64,000 nucleotides of DNA from Candidatus Adiutrix sp. GTDB lineage: Bacteria; Desulfobacterota; Desulfarculia; Adiutricales; Adiutricaceae. Positions 1 through 8,175 of this stretch are shown here, piece by piece; position 1 is the first letter of the stretch, and every line of letters starts with the position of its first letter. The translations under genes were made by a program, and so were the position numbers. The stretch spans positions 6,882-70,881 of the forward strand of contig JAVBQN010000061.1 of NCBI GenBank assembly GCA_031549025.1, written 5' to 3'. Below the pieces are notes generated by a model, which saw nothing but the letters and a program-made list of their open reading frames with translations, had not been told where the DNA came from and ran no database searches.

Positions 1-661
1 CGTCGAGCACCTCGGCCAGGGCCCGGGCGCCCCCGGTCCGGTTCTGGAGTTCGTCGGCCTTGTTCAGCAGCGCCACCTGGGCCCCGGAGGCCATCAGCCG
101 CCGGACCCGGGCCATGACCTCGTACAGCCGGCGGTCGGCGTATTTGTGAAGGTCGGTCACCCAGACCACCAGGTCCAGCTCGGGCAGCCGGTCCAGGACC
201 AGCTGGCCGTGGGCCGTCTCTAAACTGTCAAAATCGGGGAAGTCGATGATGGCCACCCCCCGGAGGCTTTCCAGGTCGTGGACCGCCTCGATGGCATCCA
301 GCCCGGCCAAAGGCGGGAAGGACTGGTGGCGGTACACCACCGGCCGGGACGTGGTGGGCCGCACCGGGCTGGCCGGGGATATCTCCCGACCGGCCAGGGC
401 CGAGATGAGGGTGGACTTGCCCACCCCCGTCCCGCCCAGAAGGCCCAGAACCAGGCGGCCGTCGAGGCTGGAGGCGGCCCGGTCCAGATCGTCCAGCATC
501 GCGGCCAGGGCGGCCTGGTCGGCCGCGCCGCCCCGCCAGTCCGGCGCCAGGGCCAACAATTCCCGCCCCAGAGCCGCCAGGCGGCGGCTTTCGGCCACCA
601 TGGCCGCTTCCGGACCGCTGAGCCCGCCCCCCAGGCGTCCGGCCAAGTCGTTCAGGCCCAT
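1..661 (-). CDS. Dynamin-like/large GTPase, second of a tandem pair (3' end lies outside the window)
   Basis: My own reverse-strand translation from the ATG at 661 stays open to the window edge: MGLNDLAGRL...LGLLGGTGVGKSTLISALAG (Walker A), IIDFPDFDS, LLNKADEL (NKxD). It is absent from the ORF track because its stop is off-window. The start overlaps the stop of the upstream GTPase by 10 nt. Confidence 0.75.
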   Translation of the reverse strand, partial: MGLNDLAGRLGGGLSGPEAAMVAESRRLAALGRELLALAPDWRGGAADQAALAAMLDDLDRAASSLDGRLVLGLLGGTGVGKSTLISALAGREISPASPVRPTTSRPVVYRHQSFPPLAGLDAIEAVHDLESLRGVAIIDFPDFDSLETAHGQLVLDRLPELDLVVWVTDLHKYADRRLYEVMARVRRLMASGAQVALLNKADELQNRTGGARALAEVLD

Positions 662-2391
662 AGCCGCGCCGCCTCCCGTTCGATGACCGCGAGGCCCTCT
701 TCCAGCGCCCGCCCGGCGGCCAGCCGCCCGGCCTCCCCGGCCAGGCGGTCCTGATAGCGGCGGCCCTGTTCCCCGAAGATGCGGGCCAGTTCCTGGTGGT
801 GGTAGGCGGCGGCCCGTTCCTCGAAGGCGGCCAGAGTCTCGCGGGAGATGACCGCGCCGGTGAGCTTGCTGACCACCGGCCCCAAGGCCCCGCCCAGGAG
901 AACCTCGGTGCCCGGCACCCCGCCGGTCTGGAACCACAGGCCGGCCACCAGGCCCAGGTGGAGGAACTGGACCAGGTAGAAAGCCGCTTTCTGGCCCAGG
1001 GGGAGGCCGGCCAGGAGCCGCTCGGTCTCCCCGCGCAGCCAGTGGTCGAGGCGGCCACTGAGGTCGGTGTAGAAATCGCGGATTTCGTCCGGGGTGAAAT
1101 CCAGGGCGGCCGGAGCCGGCTCGCCGGGCCGGTCCGGGGCCGGGGCGGAGACGGGCCGGCCGGCGGCCTCGGCCAGGGCCCGTGCCTGGTCCCGCACGGC
1201 GGCCACCAGGGCTTCACGGCCGGCCTCGGCCAGGCGGTCGGCCAGTTTCTGTTCCGGCTCGGAGAGTTTGGGCGTCGTCTCGCCAAACAAACGTCTGATT
1301 TTCTCGCCGGCCAGAGCCAGCGGCTTTATCAGGAAGTGCCGGGGCTTGGCCCAGATGTCCGAGCGGCGCACCACTTCGGACAGATTCTTCATCAAACTTT
1401 CCCGGGTTTCGCCGGGCAGATTCAACAGCACCCGGTCGCGGGAGGCGGCCATCCACTCCCGGGTGATGCGGGTCACCGCCGCCGCGCCCCGGTCCACATC
1501 GGCCTGGTGCCGGGCCAGGGGCGGGGCCAGTTCCGACCGCCACAGACGGCCCAGTTCGGCCACGGCCCGCCGGCCGCTTTCCGTCGCCAGCCGAGACCCG
1601 CGCCGGCCCAGATCCTCCAGCCAGGCGGTCAGTTCCCGCCGGGCCGCGTTGATGCCGACTTGCCCCACGGCCATCTCCTCGGGCCAGGAGATCATGGGCG
1701 CGGCCAGGCCGGCCCGATTCAGGCGGGCCTGAAAATCATCCCGGGCGGCGGCCGCCGTGACCCGGTTGAACACCAGCAGGAGGGGGCGGCCCAGAGGCGC
1801 CTCGGCGGACAGGAAGTCCCAGGTGCTCTGGTCGGCGTATTTGGCCTGGTGGGCCACCAGGATCACCGCGTCGGCCCGGCGGGCCAGTTCCTCGGCCTGG
1901 GCCTGATTGGCGGTGAGGACGCTGTCGAAGTCCGGGGTGTCGATGACGGCCAGGTTTTCGGGCCAGGCCCAGGGGGGAGTGTCCAGGGGCACCAGGTAGA
2001 GACGGGCGTCCGGCCCGGGGGAGTCCGGCGCGGGGGCTTCGAAGACCGCTCCGCCCGGGGCCTCCACCGGGGTATAGCGCGGCAGAAAGCCGCCGGTGGC
2101 CAGGTCGGCCGTCACGGCCGCCGGGGCCGCCAGGACCGGGGCCAGGGTGCTGGGCCGACGATAGCCGGAGGGGCTGACGGGTTTGCCGGCCAGGAAATTG
2201 ACGATATGGGATTTTCCGGCCCCGGTGGGCCCACAGACGGCCACGACCCAGGGCGAGGCCGGCCGCCGGAAGCGGTCGGCCAGCACGTCCAGCCATTCGC
2301 CGGCCCGGGCCAGGGCCGGGGCCAGATCGGACACCGGCGCCAGCCGCGTCAGGGCCTCCCGCATGTTCCGGATGGTGTCTTGGCTGTCCAT
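652..2391 (-). CDS. Dynamin-like/large GTPase, first of a tandem pair
   Basis: ORF 652..2559 trimmed to MDSQDTIRNM. It has the P-loop VAVCGPTGAGKSHIVNF and VIDTPDFDS, a long helical C-terminal half, and a hydrophobic segment FYLVQFLHLGLVAGLWF resembling a membrane paddle. Confidence 0.8.
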   Translation of the reverse strand: MDSQDTIRNMREALTRLAPVSDLAPALARAGEWLDVLADRFRRPASPWVVAVCGPTGAGKSHIVNFLAGKPVSPSGYRRPSTLAPVLAAPAAVTADLATGGFLPRYTPVEAPGGAVFEAPAPDSPGPDARLYLVPLDTPPWAWPENLAVIDTPDFDSVLTANQAQAEELARRADAVILVAHQAKYADQSTWDFLSAEAPLGRPLLLVFNRVTAAAARDDFQARLNRAGLAAPMISWPEEMAVGQVGINAARRELTAWLEDLGRRGSRLATESGRRAVAELGRLWRSELAPPLARHQADVDRGAAAVTRITREWMAASRDRVLLNLPGETRESLMKNLSEVVRRSDIWAKPRHFLIKPLALAGEKIRRLFGETTPKLSEPEQKLADRLAEAGREALVAAVRDQARALAEAAGRPVSAPAPDRPGEPAPAALDFTPDEIRDFYTDLSGRLDHWLRGETERLLAGLPLGQKAAFYLVQFLHLGLVAGLWFQTGGVPGTEVLLGGALGPVVSKLTGAVISRETLAAFEERAAAYHHQELARIFGEQGRRYQDRLAGEAGRLAAGRALEEGLAVIEREAARLWA

Positions 2392-2491
2392 GGTCCCCCT
2401 TGCGTACGCCCACTTGAGGCCGGGAGATATTATAACGTAAGTTGGCCCGGAATGGAAAGGCGACGTGAAGGCGCCAAGGGTTCGGACCGGC

Positions 2492-2607
2492 CTGGCGGGG
2501 CGAAAGTTTCCTCCGGTCGCCCGGGATTTCAGGGGCCAGAACTCGCTTCGCTCAAACATCTGGCCCCTGAAATCCCGGCTCTCTCCGGAAAATTTCGCCC
2601 CCGCCAG
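2492..2607. repeat. Nested imperfect palindrome of about 115 nt (long hairpin or bidirectional terminator-like element)
   Basis: The inner perfect arms are cccgggatttcaggggccaga (2520-2540) and tctggcccctgaaatcccgg (2559-2578). The outer arms are ctggcggggcgaaagtttcc..ccgg and ccggaaaatttcgcccccgccag. It lies between the stop of the RnfB-like gene and the start of the GTPase gene. Confidence 0.75.
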
Positions 2608-2659
2608 GCCTCGCTGTTCGTAACATTTCTCTAAAAATTCAAGTGGACATGGGCGTCGT

Positions 2660-4108
2660 TCAGTCCCCGAAGAGGCGGCGGGGACAGGCGGCGGCGCAGG
2701 CCCGGCCGCACGAGGGGCCGAAGGATTGGCAGAGGTCCTGGTCCACGCGCAGGGCCCCGGGGTGGCCCTCCCGGCCGATGGCCCCGGCCGGGCAGGCCTT
2801 GCGGCAGCGGCCGCAGCCGAGGCAGCCCCGGGGGCAGTAGTCCGCGTTCTTTTTCAGGGGCGAAGCCGACAGGCAGGGGATGAAGGCCCGGACGGCCCCT
2901 TCGGTCGGTTCGAACAGGGATTTGGGGCAAACCTCCCGGCAGCGGCCGCAGCCCTGGCAGAGGCTTTCGTCGATGGCCGGAAAGCCGCTGTCCTCCAAGC
3001 GGACGGCACCGTGCGGGCAGGCCCGGACGCAGTCCCCCAATCCCAGGCAGCCGTAGGGACACAGCAGAAAACCGTCGTCGTGGGCCGCGGCCAGGCGGCA
3101 ACTGGCCAGCCCCGCCCATTCGGCCAGTTGGGCGGCCCGGCCCCGGTGCCCGCACAAAAGGCGCGGCCGGGCCGGGGTGGCGGGCGGAGCGGAAGCTGGT
3201 GTAGCGGGCCGTGTGCTCCGATCCCGCCAGGAAGGCCAGATTTCCGGCAGGGCTATGACCAGCACCGCCGCAAAAGGACGCGGGTCGAAAAAAATGAACA
3301 TCCCCAGCCACGAACTCAATTGAAACGACGGCGAAAGCAGGAAAAGCCCGATCAGCGCCTCACGGGCGACCAATCCCCCAAAACTTCTTGACAGGTAGGG
3401 GGCGACCAGGCCAGCGGCCACAATCAAGCCGGGCATGTGTCCCCAAAGAACCGGTTTCGTTTGGGAAAAAAGTAAACCGGCTATCAGCCAAGGCCCCAGA
3501 AGATACAGCCGTGATCGGGGCTTGGCCGCGTGCCCCAGGCCGGCCGACAAAAGAACGAGGCTGACGGGCACGGCCGCGCGTCCCCAACCGCCCCAAAACC
3601 AAGGTACGAAAATATGCGGCGTCCAGGCCTCAGGAATAGGATTCACCCGGCTGGGCAACAGACTGAGCATGGAAAAAACAGCCATTATTCCCAAGGCCAG
3701 AAAAGGAATAAGCGCCGGGGCGGCCAACAGGGTCCGCCATCGCGGCCGGGCGGCCAACAATCCGCACAGGAGACCTCCGAAAGGAGCATATTCCAGGCTG
3801 GGCTCAGTAGAAAGATTATGAAAACTTATGAGCAGCCAAAACACCGCCCCCGCCGCCGCCCAATCCAGCTCGCGGAGAGCCCGCCGACGAGAAGGGGCGG
3901 TCAGAATGCCGATGCCGGCGGCGGCCAGGGTGGCGATGAAATCCAGGCTGTTTTCCTGATAATTTTCAAGCCACTCGCTCCGGGCCAGGATCGTCAGAAT
4001 GACCGCCGGCAAAAGCATGAACAAAAGCTCGGCGTTGCGGCGGGCCGGGCCGGGGGGGGGGAGATAGGGTCCCTCGCGCAGGATCGGGTGGGCGGAAGCG
4101 GTGGGCAT
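2660..4108 (-). CDS. Polytopic membrane domain fused to an RnfB-type Fe-S/polyferredoxin domain
   Basis: 482-aa ORF. The N-terminal ~290 aa are hydrophobic with multiple predicted TM segments. The C-terminus carries CPYGCLGLGDCVRACP (RnfB-like Fe-S motif) plus CQGCGRCREVCP and CLGCGRCRKACP ferredoxin motifs. The start shares 1 nt with the stop of the RnfC-like gene. Confidence 0.75.
   Translation of the reverse strand: MPTASAHPILREGPYLPPPGPARRNAELLFMLLPAVILTILARSEWLENYQENSLDFIATLAAAGIGILTAPSRRRALRELDWAAAGAVFWLLISFHNLSTEPSLEYAPFGGLLCGLLAARPRWRTLLAAPALIPFLALGIMAVFSMLSLLPSRVNPIPEAWTPHIFVPWFWGGWGRAAVPVSLVLLSAGLGHAAKPRSRLYLLGPWLIAGLLFSQTKPVLWGHMPGLIVAAGLVAPYLSRSFGGLVAREALIGLFLLSPSFQLSSWLGMFIFFDPRPFAAVLVIALPEIWPSWRDRSTRPATPASAPPATPARPRLLCGHRGRAAQLAEWAGLASCRLAAAHDDGFLLCPYGCLGLGDCVRACPHGAVRLEDSGFPAIDESLCQGCGRCREVCPKSLFEPTEGAVRAFIPCLSASPLKKNADYCPRGCLGCGRCRKACPAGAIGREGHPGALRVDQDLCQSFGPSCGRACAAACPRRLFGD
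4062..4071. repeat. G10 (C10 on the coding strand) homopolymer tract inside the 5' end of the RnfB-like CDS
   Basis: The plus strand reads c-gggggggggg-a at 4061-4072. It encodes the PPP of ...GPYLPPPGPARR..., starting about 13 codons from the start codon. Confidence 0.9.
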
Positions 4109-5193
4109 CAGGGCACCATCAGGCGGATCAGGCTCATCAGAGGCCGCCGGGCCGGGCAGGCCAGGGCGCAGGCCCCGCAGAGGAGGCAGCCGTCAAGATA
4201 CGGCCGGAAGCAGTCCGGCGCGGTCAGCCATTCGGAGGGGTCGCGTTCGGCGGCGCGGGATACGGTGAGGCCCGCCGGGCAGGCCCGGTCGCATTCCCGG
4301 CATTTCCGGCAGGGCTGGAAGGCGACGTCCCGGGCCCCCCGAAGCAGATGGAGGCCGGCGGCGTTCCGGTCCAGCCCCCGCTCCAGGCGGGAAAGGGTGG
4401 TCCCCCGGGCCAGCCCGCCCCGGATCACCGCGTCGCCCGGGCCGGGCACCAGGTTGGCGAAAGTCAGAAGGTCAATCACCCGGGCCCCCACGGGCGCCAG
4501 GTAGACGGCCTCCCCCAAAGTCAGGATTGTTTTCGTCAACGGCAGACCCGTGCGCCAGGCCCGGCCCAGGGCGTAGAGGGCGCGGCCGTCCAGGACGCCG
4601 GCGGCCTTCGGATCGGAACGGCCGGTGATCCGTTTTTTGAGGACGGCCGGAAGCGCGGCCGGGTACGGGCCCGACCCGGCGACCACCCGCCCGGCCTCCG
4701 GCGGGGCCTGGTCCGGGTCGGCGGCGACCCAGACGAGGCGGCGCCCGGGCCACAGCCGGAGGGCCGCCTCCAGCCCGGCCAGGATGGTCTCCCGCTGCTC
4801 GCCGAACAGGGCCGGGGCCCAGGTGAGGCCCGGCTCGGGATCAAGCGTGGTGACGATGAGGGCATCGCCGAACGGCACCTCCGGTCGGTCGAGGCCCAGT
4901 TCCTTCAGGACCCGGTCCAGGTCGGCCGGGCCCAGGCCGGCGAGGGCGCGCGGCCGGGGCGGCTCGCCCACGGCCGCGTCGTCGCGCCGGATGACGATCT
5001 CCCGCTCGGTGATCTCCCCGATCCAGCCGGAGACCGGGGCGTGGACGTCGCCGAGGCGGGGATCGGGGTGGCGGGCCAGAAGTTCCCCGGCCGAGACCCG
5101 CCGGCCCTTCTTCAGCCCCTTGACCGATTCCGCGCCGCCCAGCGGCGGGGCCGCGACCTGGAAGGCGTCCCAATCCTTGACGACCCGGGCCAC
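4108..5193 (-). CDS. RnfC-like protein (barrel-sandwich N-terminus plus 2x[4Fe-4S] C-terminus)
   Basis: 361 aa with HAPVSGWIGEI (RnfC_N-like lipoyl/barrel fold), IVTTLDPEPGLT (compare the RnfC segment NGAECEPYLT), CRKCRECDRACP and CLLCGACALACP. It is shorter than canonical RnfC, and I did not recognise a clear NADH/FMN-binding signature. Confidence 0.65.
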   Translation of the reverse strand: MARVVKDWDAFQVAAPPLGGAESVKGLKKGRRVSAGELLARHPDPRLGDVHAPVSGWIGEITEREIVIRRDDAAVGEPPRPRALAGLGPADLDRVLKELGLDRPEVPFGDALIVTTLDPEPGLTWAPALFGEQRETILAGLEAALRLWPGRRLVWVAADPDQAPPEAGRVVAGSGPYPAALPAVLKKRITGRSDPKAAGVLDGRALYALGRAWRTGLPLTKTILTLGEAVYLAPVGARVIDLLTFANLVPGPGDAVIRGGLARGTTLSRLERGLDRNAAGLHLLRGARDVAFQPCRKCRECDRACPAGLTVSRAAERDPSEWLTAPDCFRPYLDGCLLCGACALACPARRPLMSLIRLMVP

Positions 5194-5196
5194 GCC

Positions 5197-6108
5197 TCAG
5201 TCCTCACCTTCGTCGGGCCGCCGGGCCGCGAGCAGAAGCTGATACAGCTCGCTCCGGCTCCGGCCGGTCTCCCCGGCCAACTGGGCGGCCAGCACCTTGG
5301 TGGGGCGGGGATCGGTGAGGGCCAGGCCCCGGAGAGCCTCCAAATCCAGGGGCGGTTTTTCCGCAGGGCCCCGGCGGCCTTCCACCACAATGGTCATCTC
5401 GCCCTTGCGGGGGTTCTTGGCCGTCTCGGCGGCCAGTTCCGGGAGGGTGCCGGCCAGGTATTCCTCGTGGCGCTTGGTCATTTCCCGGGCGAGCAAAGCC
5501 GGGCGGGGGCCGAAGGCGGCGGCCAGGTCGGCCAGGGATTCGGCCAGGCGGTGGGGGGCCTCAAAAAAGACCAGAGTCCACGGGTGCGCGGCCAGGGAGG
5601 CCAGAAAATCGCGCCGCTCCTTGGCCTTGGCCGGCAAAAAGCCGCCGAAGGTGAAACGGTCCGCGTCGAAACCCGAAGCGGCCAGGGCGCAGATCACCGC
5701 CGACGGACCGGGGAGGGGAATCACGGCAAACCCGGCTTCCCGCGCGGCCCGGGCCAGGGCCGCACCCGGATCGGACACGGCCGGGGACCCGGCGTCGGTG
5801 ACCAGGGCCACCCGGCCGCCCTCGGCCAGGGCCTGGGCCACGCGGGGCCAGGCCTGGCGGTGGTTCTGCTCGCGGTAGCTCTGGAGCGGGCGGCGCAGGC
5901 CGAGGTGGGACAAGAGCTTCAGGGTGCGGCGGGTGTCCTCGGCCAGGACCAGGTCGGCGGCTTTCAGGGTCTCGATGACCCTGAGGGTCAGATCGCCCAG
6001 GTTCCCCAGGGGACTGGGGACCAGGTAGAGCCCGGCGGCCGGGGCGGAACCTTCGGGCCGTGCCTCGTCGTCGGGCCGGGCGTCGCGGGGGTCGGGAAAA
6101 TCCATCAA
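5197..6108 (-). CDS. rsmI: 16S rRNA (cytidine1402-2'-O)-methyltransferase
   Basis: LYLVPSPLGNLGDLTLRVIETLKAADLVLAEDTR, VTDAGSPAVSDPG, FGGFLPAK and FFEAPHRL are typical RsmI tetrapyrrole-methylase-fold motifs. Confidence 0.9.
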   Translation of the reverse strand: MMDFPDPRDARPDDEARPEGSAPAAGLYLVPSPLGNLGDLTLRVIETLKAADLVLAEDTRRTLKLLSHLGLRRPLQSYREQNHRQAWPRVAQALAEGGRVALVTDAGSPAVSDPGAALARAAREAGFAVIPLPGPSAVICALAASGFDADRFTFGGFLPAKAKERRDFLASLAAHPWTLVFFEAPHRLAESLADLAAAFGPRPALLAREMTKRHEEYLAGTLPELAAETAKNPRKGEMTIVVEGRRGPAEKPPLDLEALRGLALTDPRPTKVLAAQLAGETGRSRSELYQLLLAARRPDEGED

Positions 6109-6473
6109 TAGTCCACCGCCTCAAAGGCGTTTTTGATGTGCCGGATGACCGGCGCGGCCCCGGGCGGGCAGATGATCTCCACCACGTCGAAGCGGGCCGG
6201 GCGGCCGTGCCACTTGGGGTCTTTCAGAAACAGGGCGGCGGTCATGGTCAGCTTGCGCTGTTTGCGGAAATCCACCGCTTCGGACGGAGCCCGGCCGGTG
6301 CGGCCCCGGGTCTTTACTTCCACAATCACCACGGTGCGGCCGTCCAAGGCCACCAGGTCCAGTTCGCCGATGGCATTGACCGCATTGCGGGCCGCCACCT
6401 GGTACCCCAGGCTCTCCAGGTGGCGGGCCGCCAGGTCCTCGCCGCGCCGCCCCAATTCGTGTCGCGGGTCCAT
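6105..6473 (-). CDS. YraN family (UPF0102) endonuclease-like protein
   Basis: ORF 6105..6578 trimmed to MDPRHELGRRGEDLAARHLESLGYQV...GELDLVAL...VVIVEVKTR...RFDVV, the classic UPF0102 pattern. It overlaps the rsmI start by 4 nt. Confidence 0.85.
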   Translation of the reverse strand: MDPRHELGRRGEDLAARHLESLGYQVAARNAVNAIGELDLVALDGRTVVIVEVKTRGRTGRAPSEAVDFRKQRKLTMTAALFLKDPKWHGRPARFDVVEIICPPGAAPVIRHIKNAFEAVDY

Positions 6474-6493
6474 AAAAATTCGCTTTCCGGGAT

Positions 6494-7150
6494 TCAGCCG
6501 AAATCCAGTTCGGACTGAACCTCCCCGAGTTGGACCCCGGGCCGCACGCCCCGGAAGCTCAGCCGGTGGATGGGGCACGGGCCGTGGCGCCGCAGGGCCT
6601 CGAGGTGGACCTTGGTGCCGTAGCCCATGTGCCGGTCAAAGCCATATTGGGGGTATTGTGTATGCCAATCCAGCATCATCCGGTCCCGGGTCACTTTGGC
6701 CACGATGGAGGCCGCCGCGATGGAGAGCGACCGGCCGTCGCCCTTGACCAGGGTGTGGGCGGGGACGGGCAGGTCGGGTCGCTGGTTGCCGTCCACCAGC
6801 ACCTGGGCCGGGGCCGGGGTCAGTTGCCCCACGGCCCGGCGCATGGCCAGCAAGGCCGCGCCCAGAGGGTTCAGGCGGTCCACCTCCGGGGCCTCGACGG
6901 CCGCCCAGGCCCAGGCCACGGCCCGGGCCACGATGAGGTCGTAAGCCGCGTCCCGGGCCGCCGGGGTCAGCTTTTTGGAATCGTCCAGCCCGGGGTAGTC
7001 GGCGGCCGGGTCCAGGATCACCGCCGCGGCCACCACCGGCCCGGCCAGGGGGCCGCGCCCGGCCTCGTCGGTGCCGGCCAGGGGCGCGCCGCGCGCCCGG
7101 TACAGCGCATCGAGAGCCGCCGGGCCCAAAGATTCCCTAATGTTCAGCAC
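6494..7150 (-). CDS. rnhB: Ribonuclease HII
   Basis: GTDEAGRGPLAGPVVAAAVIL, DDSKKLT, ASIVAKVTRDRMM and GYGTKVH are conserved RNase HII motifs. Confidence 0.93.
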   Translation of the reverse strand: MLNIRESLGPAALDALYRARGAPLAGTDEAGRGPLAGPVVAAAVILDPAADYPGLDDSKKLTPAARDAAYDLIVARAVAWAWAAVEAPEVDRLNPLGAALLAMRRAVGQLTPAPAQVLVDGNQRPDLPVPAHTLVKGDGRSLSIAAASIVAKVTRDRMMLDWHTQYPQYGFDRHMGYGTKVHLEALRRHGPCPIHRLSFRGVRPGVQLGEVQSELDFG

Positions 7151-7163
7151 GGCTCTCCCTCAT

Positions 7164-7192
7164 TTGACAAACCGTTTGTATTATACAATAAT
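7164..7192 (+). promoter_or_regulatory. Candidate sigma70-type promoter (TTGACA-17 nt-AATAAT) for the S58 peptidase/xerD unit
   Basis: ttgaca at 7164-7169, a 17-nt spacer and aataat at 7187-7192, about 33 nt upstream of the ATG at 7225, which is preceded by AGGAGGGGAAGG. Confidence 0.4.
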
Positions 7193-7224
7193 TCTTATAC
7201 CACAAAGTGCCGAGGAGGGGAAGG

Positions 7225-8175
7225 ATGGCGGTCGGGATCAGCATCAGTCAACTGGACGGCTTTTCCGTGGGCCACGCCGAGGACCGCACGGCCGGGACCG
7301 GCTGCACGGCCATCCTGACCCCGGGCGGCGCGACCGCCTCGGGCTTCACCCCCGGCTTCGCCCCGGGCAGCCGGGAGATGGATCTTTTGCGGCCCGAGAA
7401 CACGGTGCCGGCCATCCACGGTCTTTTGCTGACCGGCGGCAGCGCCTTCGGTTTGGCCGCCGCCGCCGGGGTGGTGCGCTTTCTGCTCGAGCAAGGCGCG
7501 GGCTTCGACACCGGCCTGGTCCGGGTGCCGCTGGTGCCGGCGGCCGTCATCTTCGATTATCCCCGAAACCAATCGGCCGGCCTCCTGCCCGACGAGGCCA
7601 TGGGCTACGCCGCCGCCCGGAACGCCACGCGCGACCCGGTGGGGAGCGGCCCCTTCGGGGCCGGGCTCTCGGCCACCTGCGGCAAGGCGGCCGGGATGGA
7701 ATACGCCAGCCCTTCGGGGCTGGGATCATACGGCGTCATCGAATCCGGCGTGGCCATGACCGCGCTGGCGGTGAACAACGCGCTCGGCAGCATTGTCGAT
7801 CCCGACACGGGCACCGTCATCTCCGGCCTCCGCCGGGCCGACGGCTCCGTGGCCGGCCGGGCCGAAATACTGGAGGCTCTGCGCCGCCGCTCCCCGGCCC
7901 TGTCCGGGACCGACCCCGGCCACACGGTCCTGGCGGCGGTGGCCACCAACGCCCGCCTCGACAAGCTCGGGGCGTATCGCCTGGCCCGCATGGCGGCCGT
8001 GGGCCTCGGCCGGGCCGTGTATCCGGCCCACCTGACGCTCGACGGCGACACGGTCTTCGCCCTGAGCTCCAACACCGGGCCCGAGGCGGACTTGAACTGG
8101 CTGGGCGCTCTGGCCGCCGAGGTGTTGGCCCGGGCCATCGTCGCCTCCGTGCCCGGTCAAGGGGCGGCCGCATGA
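7225..8175 (+). CDS. Peptidase family S58 (DmpA/BapA-type aminopeptidase)
   Basis: ORF 7207..8175 trimmed to the ATG after a strong RBS. Contains GFSVGHAEDRTAGTGCTAIL, LLLTGGSAFGL, VPLVPAAVIFD and GHTVLAAVATNARL (S58 self-processing family pattern). Confidence 0.8.
   Translation: MAVGISISQLDGFSVGHAEDRTAGTGCTAILTPGGATASGFTPGFAPGSREMDLLRPENTVPAIHGLLLTGGSAFGLAAAAGVVRFLLEQGAGFDTGLVRVPLVPAAVIFDYPRNQSAGLLPDEAMGYAAARNATRDPVGSGPFGAGLSATCGKAAGMEYASPSGLGSYGVIESGVAMTALAVNNALGSIVDPDTGTVISGLRRADGSVAGRAEILEALRRRSPALSGTDPGHTVLAAVATNARLDKLGAYRLARMAAVGLGRAVYPAHLTLDGDTVFALSSNTGPEADLNWLGALAAEVLARAIVASVPGQGAAA

Noticed and set aside
228-2634. Long ORFs 228..1286(-), 246..754(+), 796..2634(+) and 1736..2413(-) overlapping the GTPase genes
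   Set aside because: Their translations are Arg/Pro/Gly/Ala-rich low-complexity strings without motifs. These are typical shadow ORFs of a high-GC region, and the GTPase frames carry clear P-loop motifs.
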